The notes: a model not told the origin generated them from the sequence alone. Counted from the stretch's first letter, positions 21,406 to 35,400 are shown. The stretch is DNA of 64,000 nt from Candidatus Spongiisociaceae bacterium (GCA_965262915.1 OZ253564.1:4960001-5024000); one strand, 5' to 3'. Made by a program: numbers and translations.

Positions 21406-22329
21406 TTAGTTGGTGGGCCCCGTGTTGGTTTGGGCTTGTTGGAGGATCCAGTGGCGGAGTGCTTGGACTTCGGGTCTTTGCCGGGAGGCCGCGGTGGTGA
21501 TGAGGCAGCAGCGTTCGGGGGTGTCGGCTTGGTGGTCGAGGACGGGGACCAGCGTCCCGCGTTCGAGTTCGCGGGCGATCAGCACGGGACGACCGATCAC
21601 AGCCCCTAGCCCGTGGGAGGCGGCTTCGATGACCATGCTGTACAGGCGGAAGCCCGAGGCCTGGACGAGGTCCGGTGCGGGCTGGTTCTGGCAGGCCGAC
21701 CAGTACGCCCAGTCGTTGTCCCATCCAAGATCATAGAGCAGGGGCCAGTCGTGAAGATCGGCCGGGCTGCGGGGCGGACCGCGTGCCGCTAGCAGGGCTG
21801 GACTGCACACGACGATCAGGTTCTCCTCGTAGAGGGTCTCCTCGATCAGGGTGTCCTCGCGTCGGCTGATCGGCCGCGGCGCCGCCGTCTCACCGGTGTA
21901 GGCGATCCAGACGTCGAAGTCGCGGCGCTCGGGGTCGACACCGCGATGGTCGGTCTCCAACTCGATCGCCATACCGGGATGGGCCGCCTCGAGGGCAGGC
22001 AGCCTCGGCAGCAGCCACTTCTCGGCCACGGCCTCCACCGACACGATCCGGATGCGGCTCGGACGGCGGCGTAGCCGTTCGGAGGCGCCATGGACCTCGG
22101 CGAGGATACGCTGCACCTCCTTCAGGTAGGCGCGGCCGCGGCGGTTGAGGCGCACACCTCTGCGGCAACGCTCGAAAAGACGCACGTCGAGACGCTCCTC
22201 GAGGGTCCGGATACGGTGGGCGACAGCCGCGGCGGTCACGCCTAACTCGGCCGCGGCGCGAGCGAAGCTCTGATGGCGCGCCGCTGCCTCAAAGAAACGC
22301 AGGCTGTCAAGCGGGGGCAAACGCATCAC
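21406..22329 (-). CDS. LysR family regulator, GcvA-like
   Basis: LPPLDSLRFFEAAARHQSF..AAAELGVT HTH; WLLPRL. Confidence 0.9.
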   Translation of the reverse strand: MMRLPPLDSLRFFEAAARHQSFARAAAELGVTAAAVAHRIRTLEERLDVRLFERCRRGVRLNRRGRAYLKEVQRILAEVHGASERLRRRPSRIRIVSVEAVAEKWLLPRLPALEAAHPGMAIELETDHRGVDPERRDFDVWIAYTGETAAPRPISRREDTLIEETLYEENLIVVCSPALLAARGPPRSPADLHDWPLLYDLGWDNDWAYWSACQNQPAPDLVQASGFRLYSMVIEAASHGLGAVIGRPVLIARELERGTLVPVLDHQADTPERCCLITTAASRQRPEVQALRHWILQQAQTNTGPTN

Positions 22330-22462
22330 GTCTCGTAACGTCGGGGCGGGATATGGAGAACTCGATTATGCCACACGGAACGTCGTGAACCGCCCACAGG
22401 TGAAGAGGATGTTCTTGTTCACTCAAGACGGATGTGCCGGGTTAGCTGTTCCATCGAACTCT

Positions 22463-22872
22463 AGGACAGTCACCCACCCAAATGTGGGGTTGGTTTCTCT
22501 ATCGGATAGACATAGAATAACTTGTCTATTGGGCATGGATACGCATCCCCTTGATTCGACAGAAAATCTCTTCCTGGCACTGATACCAATCGTTTCTGGC
22601 GGCACTCCCGACCATCCGTGGTAGCTGCTCCGGAGGATTAGCGACAGCCATACATCGGATAAGGCATACTTATATTATCCGATAGACCAAGGAGCATATG
22701 TCTATCTATAGACGCATAGTGCACACAAACAATCTCTCGATTGGTAAGCTGACAACAGGTGTCTCGAGCCGATCAGAGACGCTGCCATAGACCTCGGCCC
22801 AATGAGAATGCGGCGTAGTCGGGAGGCCCGATTCCGGGAATGGATTTGAAGAGACCGGAGCCGGTTCCGCTG
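22463..22872 (+). repeat. ~410-bp non-coding leader module, copy 2 (uninterrupted)
   Basis: Begins AGGACAGTCACCCACCCAAA, ends GAAGAGACCGGAGCCGGTTCCGCTGGT; homologous to the split copy 1. Confidence 0.85.
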
Positions 22873-23572
22873 GTAGGAGTATCGTGGCAAGCGGGACGCG
22901 ATGAGCACGCTGTCAAGCCTCCGGAGGTGGACGCCGACGGCACCCTCCCGCTCGCGAGGGCAGTCCCCGGCAGGGCGACCCGGTCGCTTGTTCTGGTGGC
23001 CATACTGGCAGCGACCCTGGCGGCTTGTGGAGACCGTGACGGGTCCACGCCGGGGTCCTGCCGCCCCATCGGGAACCACGGCGGTGGTAGCCGCACAGGA
23101 ACCGGAGCGAGCAACCGGCGCCGACCCACAGCCGACCACCACAGCAACCCCGACAGCCGAACCTGTAACCACGCCCGCTTCCACCGCACCGAAGTCCACA
23201 TCGGCCGCAAACGACGATCCCGACCAACCCTCCGCCGCTCCGAAGCCAGCGCCCGAACCAGCCACCGACACCGACACCTCCCAGGACCGCGTAACGAAGT
23301 CCACTGTGGCCGCAGGTGACGATCCCGACCAACCCTCCGCCGCACCACCAACGGCGGAACCGGCGCCCGAACCGGCCACCGACACCGACACCTCCCAGGA
23401 CCGCGTAACGAAGTCCACTGTGGCCGCAGGTGACGATCCCGACCAACCCTCCGCCGCACCACCAACGGCGGAACCGGCGCCCGAACCGGCCACCGACACC
23501 GACACCTCCCAGGACGGCGTGTCGACGGCTGGGTTGAGGGGGCCGCCCCCGGATCCGCCGCAGCCGGCGGGG
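22840..23572 (+). pseudogene. Lipoprotein N-terminus with Pro/Thr/Asp-rich repeats; frameshifted and truncated by IS3
   Basis: Lipobox LVLVAILAATLAACG in one frame and the repeat linker in another; ends at the IS3 IR. Confidence 0.6.
23213..23516 (+). repeat. 114-bp (38-aa) tandem repeat, about 2.7 copies
   Basis: Unit TDTDTSQDRVTKSTVAAGDDPDQPSAAPPTAEPAPEPA; starts at 23281 and 23395. Confidence 0.9.
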
Positions 23573-25708
<2,136 letters not shown>

Positions 25709-25714
25709 GGCCCT

Positions 25715-28367
25715 GCGTTATTTCACGGTTTCGATCGGTCCAAGTGGACGGCGGGCAATGCACAGGAGCGGTTGGGATTGCTGCCAGCCGCCCAGGAGCA
25801 CGTCCTGGCTCAGGAAGACGGCAAGGAACGCTGCCTGAATGCCGTGAGGGAACTGTCGCAAGCCTTCGCGCTGGCCGTGCCGCACCCGGAGACCTTTCGC
25901 ATCCGAGACGACGTGGGCTTCTTCTAGGAGACTGCTGATTTAGTCGCCTTGTCGGGACCTGGCCGGTTCGCGTTTTGTGTTTGTTGGTAGTATTGTAGGG
26001 GCTATGTTAGGACATGAAAGCTTCGACCGTGAGTTTCTGGACACAATGGATCTGTGGCATCTGGTTCCGGAAGGGTCTGTGTACCGGTTCTTGGCCGAGA
26101 ACCGCCGCCGCCTGTTCCCAGATGAGATGTTCTCCGATTTGTTCGGCCCGCGGGGCCGCCCGTCGATACCGGGTCCGGTGATTGGGGCGGTGATGGTTCT
26201 CCAGGCGTTGGAGTGCCTCTCTGACCGGGAAGCGATCCAGCGGCTACGCCGTGACATAGCGTGGAAAGCCGCGGCTGGTCTGTCGTTGACCCATGGGGGG
26301 TTCCACCCGACGGTGCTGACCTTGTGGCGAGCCAGGTTGCGTGCGAGTGACCGTCCTGAGCGTATCTTCGACGCGGTGCGCCAAGTTATGGATAGTTGCG
26401 GGGTGTTGGCTAACAAGGACCGTCGGGCCCTGGACTCGACCATTTTGGACGACGCGGTTGCTACCCAAGACACGGTAACGATGATCTCATCGCAGATAAG
26501 GCGTTGCCGCCGTCTGATACCGCAGGCAGCCGACCTGGTGCTGGTAGCCCATGACTACGAATCGAAGACGAAACCGTCCTGCGACTGGTCTGATCCCGAC
26601 AGCCGCTCGGAGTTGGTGGACGGCCTGGTAGGCGACGGTCTAGCGGTGATCGACACAGTCGAGGACATAAAGCTGGACCCCGACCAAGCCGACGCGGTAG
26701 GTCTGTTGGGAGTGGTTACGGGCCAGGATGTGGAACCGGACCCCGACCGGGAAGGCCGATGGCGGATAGCCCGGCGTGTGGCGAAGGACCGGACAATCTC
26801 AACGGTGGATACCGAGTCCCGGCACGGTCACAAGACCCGGACCAGCAAACGGGACGGGTACAAGGCCCATGTGGCTACCGAACCCGAAACCGGACTGGTC
26901 ACCGCCGCGGTTCTGACCGCTGCCAACACCACCGACGCCGACAGCATCGCGGATCTCGTTGCCGACCAACCCCCGGGCGCCGAAATCGTCGCGGATTCGG
27001 CGTACGCGTCCGGATCGGCGCTCGAAACGTTCGACGATCTTGGTCACACCCCGGTGACCAAACCCATCGTACGCAAACCCCACATCAAAGACGGGTTCCA
27101 CCGCGACGATTTCGATATCGACACCGGAGCCCGCACAGTCACCTGCCCCGCCGGGCACACCGCCCGCCTACGCCCCGGTGGTACCGCCCCGTTCGCGAAG
27201 CGGTGCAACGGCTGCCCCCTGCGGGCACGATGCACCACCTCGAAGACGGGACGCACCATCACAGTCGACAAACACCACGACCTACGAGCCGCGAACAAAA
27301 CAAGGTGGGCCAAAGACGAAACCCGCAACACCTACCGGAACTTGCGGCCGTCCGTCGAGCGGACCATCGCCTGGCTCACCCGCGGCAAAGCCAGACGCGT
27401 CCCATACCGAGGAATCATCCCCAACCAGCAATGGCTCACCACCAGAACAGCAGCCATCAACCTACGACGCCTCATCAACCTCGGACTCACCCACACCACC
27501 ACCGGCTGGGCCACCAACCCCGCCTAGAACCCCAAAAACCGGGACGCCGCCCCCAACCAACCCCGCCACCGCCAACACCGCCATCAACCCACCCAACACC
27601 ACCACCCCAACACACCAACACAGCCACCTCGCCGGCCCCGATAATCGGCAGGCTCCTAGGCGGTGAGGGCGGCCCTGTCGAAGCGGGCAACGGGAGAGGC
27701 GCGCCCCGAGGAGGATCTGGACCTGGCCGTGCGGCAGATCATCTCACGGGCGGTGGCCTCCGAAGGCGTGTTGGACATCTTCGCCGCCGCGGGACTCGGC
27801 AAGCCGGACATCTCGGTGCTCTCCGACGAGTTCCTGGCCGAAGTACAGGGCTTGCCTCAGCGCAACCTCGCAGTGGAGCTGTTGCAAAAGCTGCTCAAGG
27901 GGGAGTTGCATATCCGCCGTCGCAAGAACGTGGTGCAGGCGCGGTCCTTCGCCGAGATGCTTGAGCAGACCCTGCGCCGCTACCAGAACCGAGCGATAGA
28001 GGCGGCGCAGGTCATTGAGGAGTTGATACAGCTTGCAAAGGAGATGCGAGAGGCCAACGGCCGTGGCGAGGAACTTGGTCTCTCCGAGGACGAATTGGCC
28101 TTCTACGATGCGCTGGAGACCAACGACAGCGCGGTGCAGGTGCTGGGCGACGAGACCCTCCGCGCCATCGCTCGCGAGCTGGTCGACACCGTGCGGAACA
28201 ACGTCACTATCGACTGGACGCTTCGGGAGAACGTCCGCGCCAAGCTCCGGGCGCTGGTCAAGCGCATCCTGCGCAGGCACGGCTACCCGCCCGACAAGCA
28301 GGAGAAGGCCACAATCACCGTTCTTGAGCAAGCCGAGGTCCTATCGGAGGGCTGGGTTGTCGCATGA
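25715..28367 (+). pseudogene. hsdR: Type I restriction enzyme R subunit, C-terminal fragment (DUF3387 region), interrupted by IS1182
   Basis: [20 protein letters not shown]|[44 protein letters not shown]. Confidence 0.88.
25928..27655 (+). mobile_element. IS1182 family element copy 1; intact transposase (~26004-27527)
   Basis: IRs GAGACTGCTGATT/GAGCCTGCCGATT; CTAG TSD; LSDREA, ALDST, GYKAH, ADSAY, CPAG..C..CPLR..CT. Confidence 0.92.
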
Positions 28368-28540
28368 GACGCTCTGGGTATCCATCGCGCCTACACCACC
28401 AACCGGAACCTCAGCGTGAAGGTTCTTGATTTTGTCAAGTTTCGTGGGCCTAAAGGGACTGAATTGCGAACTTTTCGGTGGGCCGTCTCAATATGAAGGC
28501 CGGATCGTAGAACGCTACCTAGTTTCGAGGCGGGTTGCTA

Positions 28541-30325
28541 CTACTCATACCAGCCCGACCCAAATAGCAGTCCGTCATGCCGCACAATCCAAGTGTGCTT
28601 CTGACGGTTCTCGCCCGATTCCGGGTTGAGCAACAAATAGTCCACCCAATGACCCGCCTCAGTGGCGCTCCGTAAGTCGTCGCCATAGAAATACCCCGTG
28701 GCGTCCACACGGAGGCTGGGATCACGCCCTCGAAACTGCGGGTTATGGTGGGCTATCGTGTAGCCGTCTGGGTCGATGATGAAGACGTACCACTGGCCGT
28801 CAACACTCTCCTTGGTGTTGTAGTAGGCGACGGTCTCCTCCAGGCCGAGGGCGACGTAGAGGTTCATGGCCTGCTGCACGAAGGCCTTGGTGTAGGCGGG
28901 GGCGTCGGACTTGCCGGGGCCGCGTTCGTACCAGCCGGAGCCGAAGGTAATGCCGTCGTGGATCACCATCCAGGAGTGCTTGGTCTCCACAACGCCAGAG
29001 GCGGGATTGGCATAGGTGTAGTCGAACCAGGCGCCGTCCTGGTCGGCGGAGGCGGCGACGGCGGACCCGGTGGGGTAGGAGTTGGGTCCCAAAGCCTGGG
29101 AGATGTGCTTGCCCACCAGGTCAGGGTCGGGGGCATGAGCGACGATGGTCTGGTTCTCATCGCTCATGAAGACGTACCACTGGCCGTCAACACTCTCCTT
29201 GGTGTTGTAGTAGGCGACGGTCTCCTCCAGGCCGAGGGCGACGTAGAGGTTCATGGCCTGCTGCACGAAGGCCTTGGTGTAGGCGGGGGCGTCGGACTTG
29301 CCGGGGCCGCGTTCGTACCAGCCGGAGCCGAAGGTAATGCCGTCGTGGATCACCATCCAGGAGTGCTTGGTCTCCACAACGCCAGAGGCGGGATTGGCAT
29401 AGGTGTAGTCGAACCAGGCGCCGTCCTGGTCGGCGGAGGCGGCGACGGCGGACCCGGTGGGGTAGGAGTTGGGTCCCAAAGCCTGGGAGATGTGCTTGCC
29501 CACCAGGTCAGGGTCGGGGGCATGAGCGACGATGGTCTGGTTCTCATCGCTCATGAAGACGTACCACTGGCCGTCAACACTCTCCTTCGTGTTGTAGTAG
29601 GCGACGGTCTCCTCCAGGCCGAGGGCGACGTAGAGGTTCATGGCCTGCTGCACGAAGGCCTTGGTGTAGGCGGGGGCGTCGGACTTGCCGGGGCCGCGTT
29701 CGTACCAGCCGGAGCCGAAGGTAATGCCGTCGTGGATCACCATCCAGGAGTGCTTGGTCTCCACAACGCCAGAGGCGGGATTGGCATAGGTGTAGTCGAA
29801 CCAGGCGCCGTCCTGGTCGGCGGAGGCGGCGACGGCGGACCCGGTGGGGTAGGAGTTGGGTCCCAAAGCCTGGGAGATGTGCTTGCCCACCAGGTCAGGG
29901 TCGGGGGCATGAGCGACGATGGTCTGGTTCTCATCGCTCATGAAGACGTACCACTGGCCGTCAACACTCTCCTTGGTGTTGTAGTAGGCGACGGTGGCAT
30001 CTAGTCCTTCCGATTCGTATCTGCTGATGGCGTCTCTTACTAGGAACTTGGTGTAGTCGGCGGGCGTCGACTTGGGAGGTACGGTCGCCGTGGCATAACC
30101 CGTGTCCAACTGCTCCTGTATCTGCTCAATGAGAGACGCGACGGTGGCCTCATCCACGAGGGCGGGTGCGCCCGCGGGCGCTGGAGGTCCGGCTGGTCCG
30201 GGTGCGCCTGAGGAGCCCTGCGGCCCGGGAGGCCCCTGCCCCCCAGCGGGCCCGGCGGCTCCCTGGCAGGCAGAAATTGACAGGATAAGAGCGATGATCA
30301 AGATTACTCTGATTAGGGCGCGCAT
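28541..30325 (-). CDS. Lipoprotein with collagen-like linker and four tandem Cache-like domains
   Basis: Lipobox LSISAC; GPP/GPQ/GPA triplets; repeated unit YYN..ESVDGQWYVF..H..P....K(H)SW...HDG..FGSGWY resembles single-Cache folds. Confidence 0.8.
   Translation of the reverse strand: MRALIRVILIIALILSISACQGAAGPAGGQGPPGPQGSSGAPGPAGPPAPAGAPALVDEATVASLIEQIQEQLDTGYATATVPPKSTPADYTKFLVRDAISRYESEGLDATVAYYNTKESVDGQWYVFMSDENQTIVAHAPDPDLVGKHISQALGPNSYPTGSAVAASADQDGAWFDYTYANPASGVVETKHSWMVIHDGITFGSGWYERGPGKSDAPAYTKAFVQQAMNLYVALGLEETVAYYNTKESVDGQWYVFMSDENQTIVAHAPDPDLVGKHISQALGPNSYPTGSAVAASADQDGAWFDYTYANPASGVVETKHSWMVIHDGITFGSGWYERGPGKSDAPAYTKAFVQQAMNLYVALGLEETVAYYNTKESVDGQWYVFMSDENQTIVAHAPDPDLVGKHISQALGPNSYPTGSAVAASADQDGAWFDYTYANPASGVVETKHSWMVIHDGITFGSGWYERGPGKSDAPAYTKAFVQQAMNLYVALGLEETVAYYNTKESVDGQWYVFIIDPDGYTIAHHNPQFRGRDPSLRVDATGYFYGDDLRSATEAGHWVDYLLLNPESGENRQKHTWIVRHDGLLFGSGWYE
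28779..29994. repeat. 387-bp near-perfect tandem repeat (three units plus a partial one)
   Basis: ATGAAGACGTACCACTGG recurs at 387-bp spacing; one substitution seen near 29588. Confidence 0.95.
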
Positions 30326-31121
30326 TGTCAGATCTCCTGGTTGCGACGGGCGGCGCCGGACCTCACGGTGGCGAATACTGTCGCTGCGCCGGAAGTGTCC
30401 GAGTCAAACTTCAGCCCGCGGAAGCGCATACGCCGCTTCCAAGTCGTTGTTGCTCTGTGTGGCCCAATCCACGTACTCAAAATCGGAATGGGCGGTGGCC
30501 GTGCCCTCATCGGTTTTCCACGCGATAATGAAGTCATAAGCCGGTTGCCCGATCATATTGAGCGTGCTGAGCGTAGCATTCAACCGCCTCGCTATCACCC
30601 TGACGAAGTCACCCAGCGTGATGGTAGTAGTGGGGCCGGTCCATTCCGGTAGGAAACGGACCAAGGCCTGACCGGGTTCGGGCTGACCACGGATCCGCTG
30701 GTGAGCAACGGGAACCTCATCATCTCGGAGACGATCCGCACGCTGGTCCCGTGATCCTCGGGGTTGATCCGTTGCTCACGGAGCGCATCTGGGCGGATCT
30801 GGTTGTGAGGAGCCCTCATTACCTGATGACGCCGCCACTGCTCGCCATGAAGGCTTCCATCTTCTCAACCAGTGGGCGGATACCTTGGGGGGTGCGCTCG
30901 ATGAGGCCCAAGGCGATGAGCCGGCTTATGTCACGGGTCACGGTCTTGGAGGTCTTTCCGGCATAGGCCGCCGCCAGATGCGGGGTGAGCAAGGTGATCT
31001 CCGAGCGCGGCGTGGGATCGGACGGCGATAGAGAAAGCACCAACTGGCGTTGCCTGCGCCCGGCGGCCGTGTCGTGGCGGCGCATCGCCTCGTCGACGTA
31101 ACTCTGCCAGGCCAGCGCTAG

Positions 31122-34100
31122 GAGACTGCTGATTTAATCGGTCCTGTTTGTTGGTGGGTTCGCGTTTTGGGTTTGTTAGGATTATTGTAGTGGTATGCAG
31201 GGTAGTGAACGTGGTGATCGTGAGTTTCTGGACGCGATGGAACTGTGCGGGGAGCTGGTTCCGGAGGATTCGGTGTACCAGTTTTTGGCTGAACACCGCC
31301 GGCGCTTGTTTCCCGCCGAGATGTTCTCCGATTTGTTCGGTAGTGGACGGGGCCGTCCTTCAACACCGGGGTCGGTGGTAGCGACGGTGATGGTCCTCCA
31401 GGCGTTGGAGTGCCTCTCGGACCGGGAAGCGGTCCAGCGGCTGCGTCGTGATATAGCGTGGAAAGCAGCAGCGGGTCTGTCGCTGACTGATGGGGGGTTC
31501 CACCCGACGGTGCTGACGCTGTGGCGTGCAAGGCTGCGGGCCAGTGACCGACCTGAGCGTATCTTCGACGCGGTGCGCGAGGTGGTTTCCGCCTGTGGGG
31601 TGTTGGCGAACAAGGGTCGCCGGGCGCTGGACTCGACCATCCTGCACGACGCGGTTGTTACCCAGGACACGGTGACGATGATCTCATCGCAGATAAGGCG
31701 TTGCCGCCGTCTGATTCCCGAAGCGGCCGACCTGGTGCTGGTGGCCCATGATTACGAGTCGAAGACCAAACCGTCCTGCGACTGGTCTGATCCCGACAGC
31801 CGCTCCGAGCTGGTGGATGGTTTGGTCACCGACGGTCTAGCGGTGATCGAAGCAGTCAACAACGTCAAGTTGGATCCCGACCAGGCCGACGCGATAGGTC
31901 TGTTGGGAGTGGTGACGGGCCAGGATGTGGAACCGGACCCGGATAGGGAAGGCCGATGGCGGATAGCGCGGCGTGTGGCCAAGGACCGGACCATATCGAC
32001 GGTGGATGCCGAAGCCAGGCATGGTCACAAGACCCGGACCCGTAAACGGGACGGGTACAAGGCCCATGTGGCTACCGAACCCGTAACCGGGCTGGTCACC
32101 GCCGCGGTCCTAACAGCTGCCAACACCCCAGACGCCGACAGTATCGGGGATCTCGTTGCCGAAGAACCCCCGGGTGCCGAAATCGTTGCGGATTCGGCGT
32201 ACGCGTCCGGTGCGGCGCTCGAAACGTTCGACGATCTTGGTCACACCCCGGTGGTGAAACCCATCGTACGCAAACCCCACATCGAGGACGGGTTCCACCG
32301 CGACGACTTCTGTATCGACACCGGAGCCCGGACGGTGACGTGTCCCGCCGGGCACACCGTCCGTATACGCCCCGGTGGTACCGCCCCGTTCGCGAAGCGG
32401 TGCAACGGCTGCCCCCTGCGGGCACGATGCACCACCTCGGAGCGTGGACGGACCATCGCAGTCGACCAACACCACGACCGTCGGGCGGCGAACAAAGCAC
32501 GATGGGCCAAAGACAAAACCCGCAACACCTACCGGAACTTGGAGTTGCCCCGCTTTTTTGGACACTTCGCGATTTGTTATCCACAGGGTGGTTGTGGGCT
32601 CCTTTCGTAGTCTACGGGTGAGTGGTATCCGATGGCTGAGTGCCGCCGGTGGGGGTTGTAGAAGCCTTCGATGTAGTCGAAGACGGCGGAGCGGGCCTGG
32701 TTCCGGGTGGCGGAGCTGGTCCGGTCCAGGAGTTCGGTCTCGAGGGTGGCGAAGAACGACTCGGCTACTGCGTTGTCGTAGGCGTCGCCTCGGCGTCCCA
32801 TCGACACCGCGACGCCGGCCTGCTCGCAGCGGGCCCGGAACGCCCCCTTGAACCTGGTTTGGGAACCCCTATCAGAGTGGTGGATCACCCGGTCGGGTTT
32901 GCGCTGTGCGAGGGCCATGTCCAAAGCGTCGGTGACCAACGGTGTGGTCAGGTCATTGCGCATGGACCAGCCCACTACCCGCCGGGACCAGACATCGATC
33001 ACAGCAGCCAGGTACAGAAACCCCGCCTTGGTCGGTATATACGTGATGTCCGCAACCCAAAGGTGGTTTGGTCCAGTAGCGGTGAACTCTCTGCGTACCA
33101 GATCCGGTGCTGCCAGACGTTCGGGATTCTGCCTGGTAGTGGCCACTTTACGGCGGCGGTGAACCCCCTGGATGCGGGCTTGGCGCATGAGCCGGGCTAC
33201 CCGCTTGCGACCCACAGCCACCCCTTCGGCTGCTAGCTCTGCGTGGATGCGGGGAGCCCCATAGGTGCCCCGAGATCGGCTGTGGATGTCCACAATCTGG
33301 TCCCGCAGTGCCCGATCAGCCTGCTCCCGGGCGGACGGAGGACGCCTCAGCCATGCGTAGTAGCCGCTGGCCGAGCACACCCAGGAGGCTGCACATGCGC
33401 CGCACGGAATGGGAGGCCTGGTTGGCTTTCACGAACCCAAACGCCGCCTGGGGGTCGATCCGGTCTCCTCGGCGAACCAGGCCGCTGCTTTTGCCAGGAT
33501 CTCCTTCTCCTCACGGAGGATCCGGTTCTCCCGCCGCAGCCGGCGCAGCTCCTCGCGTTCGGCAGTCGTTAGCCCTTCGCGGCGGCCCTCGTCAACATCG
33601 GCTTGGTTCACCCAATTGCGGATCGTCTGGTCAGACGGTTCGAACTCCCGGCTCAGTTCACCAGGCGTCCGACCCGCCCTGACCAGGCGGACCATCTCCG
33701 CCCGGAACTCAGCCGGGTACGGCGCTCTTGTCTTCGGCATTCTTCTGAACACTCCTATCTGGGAACAATCCCAAGTCTTAGAGTGTCCACGAAAGCGGGT
33801 CAACCTCAACTTGCGGCCGTCCGTGGAACGGACCATCGCCTGGCTCGCCCGCCGCAGAGCCAGACGTGTTCCCTACCGAGGAATCATCCCCAACCAGCAA
33901 TGGCTCACCACCCCAACCGCAGCCATCAACCTACGACGCCTCATCAACCTCGGACTCGCCCACACAACCACCGGCTGGGTGCTCAACCCCGCCTAGAACC
34001 CCAAAGCCGGGACGCCACCCCCAAAGAACCCGGCCACCGAACCCACAAATACCCGTCCCAAACCCCCCCCAACCGACCCCACCACACCAAAACACGCCCC

Positions 34101-34148
34101 CCAACAGGCCAACACCCCCACCCCGACACCCCAATAATCGGCAGGCTC
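31122..34148 (+). mobile_element. IS1182 family element copy 2, interrupted by IS3
   Basis: Same IRs and CTAG TSD (31118-31121, 34149-34152); transposase closely similar to copy 1. Confidence 0.92.
32540..33808 (-). mobile_element. IS3 family element 2 (orfA 33429-33740, orfB ending at 32577)
   Basis: TG..CA IRs (TGGAGTTGCCCCGCTTT / TGAGGTTGACCCGCTTT); 3-bp TSD ACT; YGAPRI, WVADITY, DNAVAESFF. Confidence 0.92.
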
Positions 34149-34387
34149 CTAGATGTTGGGCCTTGATCCAATCCGACTGCTCCCCGAGACCGTCCACGAA
34201 CCCATCGAGTTCATAGGCGATGAACTCGACCGGCGACCACGGCCGTATCTGGCTCAACCGATCCAGTACCTGGTAGTAGCGGCCCGCGGGTCTGGTTGTA
34301 GTAGTTGGACAACAGGTGGACCGCGGGAGTGGGCACCATTCCCGATCCGGCAAGAAGGTGGAACTCCACCAGTCTCGCCGTACGCCC

Positions 34388-34431
<44 letters not shown>

Positions 34432-35400
34432 AGGGATGGATCCATGCGATGTAGAGGTGGGCCAGTAGCCCCTGCGTCAACACCCGGGTGAAGGCGAGCG
34501 GATGGTCCTCCCTAGCCTCGAAGTCGGAGCAGGCAAGCCAGTCGTACCGTCGATTGAGCAGGTGGGCGCAGTCTTGGGCGGGTGGTCCCCGGTACCGGCC
34601 GACCGTGACCTCGTACTTACGGATACGGCCTGGCCGGATCCGGTCGTCCCACTCCACATCGCGCAGAACCAGTTCGTTGTAGCTGCAGATGATCTCAGGG
34701 GTCAGCGTGAGATCCTTGCCGGTTCGGACCCGATCACCGATGATCTCGTAGGCGTCGAGCACGTTGCGTACCTCTTGTTCCAGGTAGCGACGCGAGGGCG
34801 GGAGACCGAGGGGACCGTCCAGCATCCTGGATACCTCGTCCTCGGTGAGCGTGTTGCCCTCGATGGCGGTGGTCGCATGCGCGCCCTTGCTCAAGTACGT
34901 CCTGTGCAACCGGTCGGCCACTGCCGGAACGAGGGGCGTCCCCGCGAGACGAGCGCATCCGGCCTACGACCTGCCGAACGACACCCACTCCTGCGGGCCG
35001 AACCCCGCAATGTCGAAGCCGAACGACAACCAAGGATGTGTCTCCTGATACCGGCAGTCGATTTTCGAGACCCTCCCCACATAGTAAGGGGTAATAGAGC
35101 TGTCAGACTAATTATACACAGGGTTTTGTCCCCTATAATGTCCCTCGGTAACGGTGCCGTTGTCGGCCACTAGTCAACCGGGATACCACCGGACTCCGGC
35201 TAAGCAGAATGACCGGCGGGCACCCGGCGACGCATTAGGCGCCTGAGATCTGGTTCACAACGATTGTGCGTTGAGACGTGACAGGAAGAAGTCAGCTACT
35301 ACTTGTCGTCACTGTAGCCGACAAGAGCACGCTAACACATGATCTATAGTGGACCAGTGCAACCCCCTAGGGGTAGGTAACGGTACTTGATTCAAAACCC

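Noticed and set aside
21411-21420. TGGTGGGCCC resembling the tRNA-Lys 3' end
   Set aside because: Only about 8 bp match, which is expected by chance in GC-rich DNA.
23213-23516. Regular repeats as a possible CRISPR array
   Set aside because: They are in-frame 114-bp coding tandem repeats with no unique spacers, and there are no cas genes.
27528-27640. C/A-rich low-complexity tract (also 33997-34135) as a special repeat
   Set aside because: It is the non-coding right end of IS1182 in both copies.
30404-30723. Short ORF fragments between the Cache gene and fic
   Set aside because: No recognisable family and the frames are broken, so no call can be supported.
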